DNA from: Chlamydiales bacterium
Lineage (GTDB): Bacteria > Chlamydiota > Chlamydiia > Chlamydiales > SM23-39
DNA length: 32,000 bases
Reading direction: 5' to 3'
NCBI GenBank assembly: GCA_965261025.1
Contig: OZ253438.1
Span: 1,380,001 to 1,412,000 of the forward strand
Position numbers and translations under genes: made by a program. This document shows, piece after piece, positions 24,556 to 29,926 of the stretch (its first letter is position 1; each line of letters opens with the position of its first letter). The notes beneath the pieces are model-generated. The model had not been told where the DNA came from. It made no database searches and saw only the letters and a program-made list of their open reading frames with translations.

Positions 24556-25768
24556 AAGTCGTTTCAGTGATAAAGTCTATATCTACCTTAAATCCAATTA
24601 AATAAGGCGGATTGGATTCATGTTTTGAATCTCTGATCTGAAGGTATCCGAGAAGCTCAGCGGTTTTTTTCTCTTCTGTCCAATCAATGCTTATCCTTTT
24701 AGTAGGGAAGTAAGGATAAGCAGGGTTATCTTTTGCAAAGTGGGAAAAGACTGCTCCTAGAGTAGAGTTAGGAGTTTCTTTAGGTAAAAAAGCCCCATGT
24801 ATACGGAGAAGTTGCATCAACTCGATACAGTCCTTCTCGGAAAGACTTGCTAAATCCTTTAGGGGACTTGAACAGAACTCTGGAGTTCCTTGATAACAGT
24901 CCTTACAAACTGTGCAAGTAGGTTCTTTTAAGCTCTTTAACGCTTGCTTAAATAATATCAAACCTGCAGGACTGTTGAAGAATGGTATCAAGGCCTGATC
25001 GGTGAGCTTGTTTGTTATTATTTTTAAGTAAGAAAGGAGGTTCGTTTGATCAAGCCGAAGGAAAAACAAGGCTAAAGACTCTAGCTTTGGGTCTTTTAGT
25101 TTAGGGAATCTCCCCATATTGGGAGGAGCCTCTTGGGGGATAGTAATAGCAAAATCACCATCATTATTATCACTTTTTAAAGCTTTTTGGATAGACTCTA
25201 CAAGAAAACTAAGTCCTCCCTGGTGGAGTAAGTAGAAAGGAAAACTTTTCTCTGCTGGGATAAAAAATGAGCAAACATAACCAAAAATATTTGGAAGGGA
25301 AAAGAAAGGAATCTGATCTATTCTCCAAACCAAGTGGTTATTGAGAAAGAGGGGATAGGTCCTATCAAAAATATCTGCAGTAATTTGTTTCTTTAGTTTA
25401 TCAGAACTTTCAGAAAAAGAGTTTTGCCATTCAGAAACAGGGATAGGGTTTTGGACAAATTTTCTATTTAGATTTTCTATAAGCTGTTGTAATTCAACAG
25501 ATTGCTCTTGTAAAATAGAAGAAGGCACTGAGGGGGTAACTACTGGGGAACTCGGTGGGGAAGTAATTGAATCGGGGGAATTGCTTTTAGGAACAGAAAA
25601 AAACCAACTACTCAGACTTTTACAGAAGTAGGGAACCAGGCAGTAAAGTATTTGAGCCGCTATCTTCACGATCTTTACGGCAAAATAGTCATCCTGATTT
25701 ACCTTTAACCGCTCAGGTAAGTAAGGAGAAAATCTACTCTGTAGAGCAACAACGGTTTGGTTTAACAT
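24518..25768 (-). CDS. Hypothetical protein (orphan, 416 aa; candidate secreted/effector protein)
   Basis: This is a long ORF downstream of a very AT-rich promoter region. It has a P/S-rich linker (SPDSITSPPSSPVVTPSVPSS) and a Cys cluster (CTVCKDCYQGTPEFC). No family is recognised by eye. The 3' end overlaps dsbB by 38 nt. Confidence 0.55.
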   Translation of the reverse strand: MLNQTVVALQSRFSPYLPERLKVNQDDYFAVKIVKIAAQILYCLVPYFCKSLSSWFFSVPKSNSPDSITSPPSSPVVTPSVPSSILQEQSVELQQLIENLNRKFVQNPIPVSEWQNSFSESSDKLKKQITADIFDRTYPLFLNNHLVWRIDQIPFFSLPNIFGYVCSFFIPAEKSFPFYLLHQGGLSFLVESIQKALKSDNNDGDFAITIPQEAPPNMGRFPKLKDPKLESLALFFLRLDQTNLLSYLKIITNKLTDQALIPFFNSPAGLILFKQALKSLKEPTCTVCKDCYQGTPEFCSSPLKDLASLSEKDCIELMQLLRIHGAFLPKETPNSTLGAVFSHFAKDNPAYPYFPTKRISIDWTEEKKTAELLGYLQIRDSKHESNPPYLIGFKVDIDFITETTSTHFFSLDKQTA

Positions 25769-25935
25769 GAAAGACCCCTTTTTCTAGATAAAATTAGAAA
25801 GACAGGAGAATTTTAAGAAATAGTGGCATTTTTATTAAACCATTTTTTACCTCAGATAAATATTTTTAATATATTATAATTATTTCTTTATAATTAAATT
25901 AACTTTAGGTTATTTTGAAATAAAAAGGGGTTTTT

Positions 25936-26196
25936 ATGAAGGGTTTAAATATAAAAGCTTTTTCTCTTGCTGTGGGAATTACTTGGGGTGTGAGCTGCTT
26001 GTTCATGGGTTGGACGGCTGCTTTTGACTGGGGCGATTATTTTGTGGATGTGATGGCTTCTTTTTATCTTGGGTATCATCCGGGATTTATAGGAGGAATT
26101 ATAGGGGGAATATGGGGATTTATCGATGGTGCTATTTTAGGGGCTATTCTTTCTTTTCTGTATAATCACTTCAGCGCCAAGGAGAAAAAAAGGTAA
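25936..26196 (+). CDS. Small two-helix membrane protein with a Gly-zipper
   Basis: 86 aa with an RBS AAAGGGG. The helices are AFSLAVGITWGVSCLFMGW and GFIGGIIGGIWGFIDGAILGAILSFLY (GxxxG repeats). Confidence 0.55.
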   Translation: MKGLNIKAFSLAVGITWGVSCLFMGWTAAFDWGDYFVDVMASFYLGYHPGFIGGIIGGIWGFIDGAILGAILSFLYNHFSAKEKKR

Positions 26197-26249
26197 GTTG
26201 CGTAAAAAAAAAGATCTTGGTTTGATAGCCGAGAAAAAGGAGTTGATTT

Positions 26250-26843
26250 ATGGCTAAGCTTTATTTTCGGCATGGAACTGTGGGAAGTGCAAAAACCTTA
26301 AATCTTTTAGCTGTGGCTCATAACTATAGACAACAGGGAAAAAAAGTTTTTTTAGTGAAGCCTAGAATGGAGAGTCGTTTTGGAGAAACGAAAATCCAAT
26401 CTAGAGCGGGGCTTTTTGCACAGGCCGATTTTTTATTGGATGAAAATACTTCTTTGCAAGAGATCCCTTTGGAGAGTGTCCGATGCATTTTAGTAGATGA
26501 AGCGCAGTTTTTAAGCGCTAAAACCATAGAAGAGCTCAGGGCTATTGCTACAGAGAAAAATATTCCCGTTATTTGTTACGGTCTCAGGACAGACTTTAAA
26601 AGTTACCTCTTTGAAGGAGCAAAAAGGCTTATGGAGCTTGCAGACTCCATTGAAGAAGTAAAAGCTACCTGCCACTTTTGCAACAAAAAGTCGATTATGA
26701 ACCTAAAACATGTAAACGGAGTGGCCGTAAAAGAAGGTCCTTCTATTGAGTTAGGTGCAGAAGAGAAATATTTTCCTTCCTGCTATGAATGCTTTTGTTA
26801 TGAATTACAAAGAGCAGAAAAGGAAAAGCTGGTTAACCTTTAA
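26250..26843 (+). CDS. tdk: Thymidine kinase (TK1/E. coli Tdk type)
   Basis: It aligns with E. coli Tdk end to end, as I recall that sequence. The matches are MAKLYFRHGTVGSAKT (cf. MAQLYFYYSAMNAGKST), ILVDEAQFL (cf. VLVDECQFL), IPVICYGLRTDF (cf. IPVLCYGLRTDF), and the C-terminal Cys pairs CHFC...CYEC. Confidence 0.9.
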   Translation: MAKLYFRHGTVGSAKTLNLLAVAHNYRQQGKKVFLVKPRMESRFGETKIQSRAGLFAQADFLLDENTSLQEIPLESVRCILVDEAQFLSAKTIEELRAIATEKNIPVICYGLRTDFKSYLFEGAKRLMELADSIEEVKATCHFCNKKSIMNLKHVNGVAVKEGPSIELGAEEKYFPSCYECFCYELQRAEKEKLVNL

Positions 26844-27285
26844 GGTTATTTCTCTGTAAAAAGAGTTCTTTCCAGAGATAGTGGTCTAGGAGCCCTTCTG
26901 GGTTTTTTCCTAAAATCTGAAAAGCTAAAAAGAGAGCTTCTATAGAGGCAAGGCCTTGGTTGGGATTGGGGCAGTCTTGTTGTCTTCTTGGATAAGCAGT
27001 TACAAAATGGGAGGGAAGGCTTCTTCTCTTTATCGAAAGAGGAAGCTTTTTTTTCATAAGGGAAACATATCTCCAGGTTCCATCTAAAAGAAGAAGCGAA
27101 GAGTCTTTGTCTTCTTCCGATAAACAAGGCGCCTGTACGTCTAAAATCAGATAGTTCTTTAGAGAAAAGAGGAAGGGATTTGGATAGGTCACAAAGCAAA
27201 AATCTTTTCTCTCTTCCAGACCTTTTAAAGAGCATTTCTTCCTATTCTCTTTTTTGTGTCTCCAGATCAAGGTGGGCTCATTCAT
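26833..27285 (-). CDS. Short DTW-domain protein (aminocarboxypropyl (acp) transferase superfamily, TapT/Tsr3-like)
   Basis: It has LLLLDGTWR (DTW motif), an N-terminal RKKCSLKGL, and SHFVTAYPRRQ...GLASIEALFLAFQILG (cf. the s.Yr.R...g.lsT.EA pattern of DTW proteins). The size is 150 aa. It overlaps tdk by 11 nt. Confidence 0.7.
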   Translation of the reverse strand: MNEPTLIWRHKKENRKKCSLKGLEERKDFCFVTYPNPFLFSLKNYLILDVQAPCLSEEDKDSSLLLLDGTWRYVSLMKKKLPLSIKRRSLPSHFVTAYPRRQQDCPNPNQGLASIEALFLAFQILGKNPEGLLDHYLWKELFLQRNNLKG

Positions 27286-27288
27286 CTG

Positions 27289-29256
27289 TTAAGAGGACTC
27301 TTTTTTAAAAGAAGTCATTTTCAGAAGAGATTTAGAGATATCAAACAAGAAGCGAGAAGGGTTAGTGGGGATTTCTTTTCCCATTTTTTTTCTTTTTCGA
27401 GACATGCTGAGCGTTAAAAACTTTTTAGCTCTTGTTAGGGCTACATAAAAAAGACGTCTTTCTTCTTCTATACCTGTTTCTAAAAGGCTTTTTTCGTGGG
27501 GAAGAATGTGATCTTCCAAAGCAACGATAAAGCAAGCTTCAAACTCAAGCCCTTTAGCGCTGTGGAAGGTGGATAAATTTATCTGCTCTTTTTCTTTCCC
27601 GAATTTTTCAGAAGGGAAGCTTCTGGCTAGCATGGTATTTGCTATAAAGTGGGGTAAAGAAGCTCCTTCTTGCTCTTCCTCATACTTTTCTAGTGTATAC
27701 CCCAGTTGTAAGACATTTTCCCATTTGTATTGGAGCGCTTTTTCATTTTGTACCTCTTCTTGTAGCTGGGCGTGATATCCGATTTTCTGAACTAGCCAGG
27801 AAAAACTCTTTGACAAGGAATGATTCAGAAAAACCTTTTCTGCTTCCTGGATCAGTTGAACAAAGCTTTTTATCCCCTCTAACCCTTTAGAAGAGATTTT
27901 AGTCTCAAAAGAATTTTGGAAAGATTCCACATTTTTTAAAATCTCCCAGAGATCTTTTTTTTCTCTCCTTTGAAAAGAGGTCAAAAGATCTACTGTTTTA
28001 GAAGAAATACCTCTTCTAGGTACATTTAGGATGCGCAAAAGAGATTCTTGATCTTTTCGGTTTGCTATAAGCTTTAAGTAAGCAAGAAGATCCTTAATTT
28101 CACTTCTTTCAGAAAACTCTATTCCCCCGTAAACCCTATAGGGAATTCCCCGAATCCAGCTCTCTTTTTCCTTGTAAAGGGCGTTCATCAAAGCGAACTC
28201 AAAATTTCTGGATAGCAGATTCGATCGATACAAAATGGCCATGTCTTTAAAGGCTATATTTTCTCTTTGATGAAGCTCTATAATTCGGTCCACGACAGCT
28301 TGGGCTTCCTCTTGTTCCGAAGGAGCATGAAATAGCTCTATAGGAAGATCCTTTTTGCTTTTGCTAAACAGTGTTTTGGTGTGTCTTTTTTTGTTACAAG
28401 CAATTACCTGATTAGCAGCTTGTAAAATGCTCGGATAGCATCGATAATTTTGTTCGAGTCTAATTAGGATGTCTGCTTGAAAAGCCAAAATATTTTCTAC
28501 TAAAGCACCCCTCCACCCGTAGATAGATTGATCATCATCTCCTACTACGCAGAGGTGATGGTATTTTTTCGCTAAAAGTTCTGCCAGTTTTGACTGAACT
28601 CGGTTCGTATCTTGGTACTCATCAATCATGATGTACAGATATTTTTCCTGGTATTTTTTTAAGACTTCGGGGTATCGGGTAAAAAGCTCTACGGTTAGAG
28701 TAAGTAAGCTATCAAAATTTACCGCATTATAGGCCTTTAAAGTAGTTTTCAAAGCGCTTTGTAGTTTTTTAGTAAATCCATCTATTTCTTGGTTACAATG
28801 TTCATTTTCTACCTGCGCAATCCTTTCCAAAGAGCTCGTAATGGAGGGGATCTCTTTAGTTTGTAAAATTTCTTTTCCTAGCTCCTTAGCTAACCGGTGT
28901 ATATCCCTTTCGTCATACAAGGTAAAAGAAGAAGTATACCCTAAAGGGGAAATTTCCTTTCTTAAAAGATTCATACAAAAGCTATGAAAGGTACAAAAAG
29001 TCACTTTGGAAGCAGTTTCCCTTCCCACCATTTTGCTAAGGCGCTGTTTCATTTCACTGGCGGCCTTATTTGTGAAGGTAAGTCCCAAAATAGACTTAGG
29101 ACAGACTCCTTTTGCTAAAAGATAAGCCGTTCGGTAAATAATCACTCTGGTTTTACCGCTGCCTGCTCCAGCTAAGATAAGCACTCTACCTTCTGTAGAA
29201 AGGACTGCCTTTTTTTGTTCTGGATTCAAAGAAGAAAAATCAAAGGGTTTTTCCAT
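27289..29256 (-). CDS. uvrD: UvrD/PcrA/Rep-family ATP-dependent DNA helicase
   Basis: Walker A is AGAGSGKTRVIIYR. Other motifs are TFTNKAA, motif II IMIDEYQDTN, VGDDDQSIYGWRGA, TFHSAKGLEFE and LFYVALTRAKK. Confidence 0.9.
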   Translation of the reverse strand: MEKPFDFSSLNPEQKKAVLSTEGRVLILAGAGSGKTRVIIYRTAYLLAKGVCPKSILGLTFTNKAASEMKQRLSKMVGRETASKVTFCTFHSFCMNLLRKEISPLGYTSSFTLYDERDIHRLAKELGKEILQTKEIPSITSSLERIAQVENEHCNQEIDGFTKKLQSALKTTLKAYNAVNFDSLLTLTVELFTRYPEVLKKYQEKYLYIMIDEYQDTNRVQSKLAELLAKKYHHLCVVGDDDQSIYGWRGALVENILAFQADILIRLEQNYRCYPSILQAANQVIACNKKRHTKTLFSKSKKDLPIELFHAPSEQEEAQAVVDRIIELHQRENIAFKDMAILYRSNLLSRNFEFALMNALYKEKESWIRGIPYRVYGGIEFSERSEIKDLLAYLKLIANRKDQESLLRILNVPRRGISSKTVDLLTSFQRREKKDLWEILKNVESFQNSFETKISSKGLEGIKSFVQLIQEAEKVFLNHSLSKSFSWLVQKIGYHAQLQEEVQNEKALQYKWENVLQLGYTLEKYEEEQEGASLPHFIANTMLARSFPSEKFGKEKEQINLSTFHSAKGLEFEACFIVALEDHILPHEKSLLETGIEEERRLFYVALTRAKKFLTLSMSRKRKKMGKEIPTNPSRFLFDISKSLLKMTSFKKESS

Positions 29257-29575
29257 GGTCTTTTAAGAAAGAGGCTATCACTTCTAGTAGATCTTTTTTC
29301 AAAGAGGGTGTTTTCTCTTTTTGTGCTTTCATCTTAGGGTAAACAATCAAAGAAAAATCCCCGGAGACGCCCAAGTCCCTAAAAGCCTCTTTGACCTGTC
29401 TTTTGAATCGATTCCTTATGCAGGCATTTCCATATTTTTTCGAAGCCGCAATGCCAAAGAAGCAGCCCTTCTCCTCCTCTGCAATATCCGCGAATAGAAA
29501 AGCCCCGGTATACTTCCTTGCCTTTTTCTTTACTTGTAAAAACTCTTTTTTCTTTTTTAGAGGGGAGGGAGTCAC
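29240..29575 (-). CDS. rnpA: Ribonuclease P protein component
   Basis: It has the RNR motif region [21 protein letters not shown]. It lies immediately downstream of rpmH (GTGA overlap), which is the universal rpmH-rnpA order. The start codon (GTG) is uncertain. Confidence 0.8.
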   Translation of the reverse strand: MTPSPLKKKKEFLQVKKKARKYTGAFLFADIAEEEKGCFFGIAASKKYGNACIRNRFKRQVKEAFRDLGVSGDFSLIVYPKMKAQKEKTPSLKKDLLEVIASFLKDHGKTL

Positions 29576-29706
29576 ACGGCTAGGGATTTTCTTCCCTTCT
29601 TTCTCCGTTTTTTCAGGATTTTTCTCCCATCTGCTGTCTTCATTCTTTTTCTAAAACCGTGGCTTTTTTTTCTTTTTTTCTTGGTAGGCTGGTAAGTCCT
29701 CTTCAT
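29572..29706 (-). CDS. rpmH: 50S ribosomal protein L34 (missing from the ORF track; 44 aa)
   Basis: My own translation of the minus strand gives [44 protein letters not shown]. This is the canonical L34 sequence (MKRTYQP...HGFR.RM.T..GR.vl..RR.KGRK.L). Confidence 0.92.
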   Translation of the reverse strand: MKRTYQPTKKKRKKSHGFRKRMKTADGRKILKKRRKKGRKSLAV

Positions 29707-29926
29707 AAAAGTCCTTTTTTATTCCCTCCGAGGTTACTGAAGCAAGGATAATCTCTCAAGGGTTTTTGATAATGAACTAACCATTCTTTGGAAAAACCCT
29801 TAAGTCAAAAAAAATCTATACTTCCAGAAACTATCAGAGACTTCTGTAAAATAATTTTTTTTCAATAGCAAACAAACCTATTTTTAGGTTAAAATTTGGC
29901 AGCTCAAGTCTTATTTTCGAGAAAAT

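Noticed and set aside
26846-27235. A 129-aa alternate-frame ORF on the same strand as the DTW gene. Similar cases are 24174..24443 inside dsbB, 26324..26527 antisense to tdk, 27569..27890 antisense to uvrD, 29391..29654 across rnpA/rpmH, 30206..31123 antisense to the NEL gene, 19620..19853, 20446..20679, 21466..21705, 10695..10982 and 3041..3274.
   Set aside because: In each case the competing frame carries recognisable conserved motifs (DTW, DsbB CxxC, Tdk, helicase motifs, L34, NEL and others). The repeated peptide in 30723..30926 is simply the antisense image of the LRR tandem repeat.
29707-29926. A possible replication origin next to rpmH-rnpA.
   Set aside because: There is no dnaA gene adjacent. 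I found no TTATCCACA-like DnaA boxes or AT-rich 13-mer arrays in the 220-nt region.
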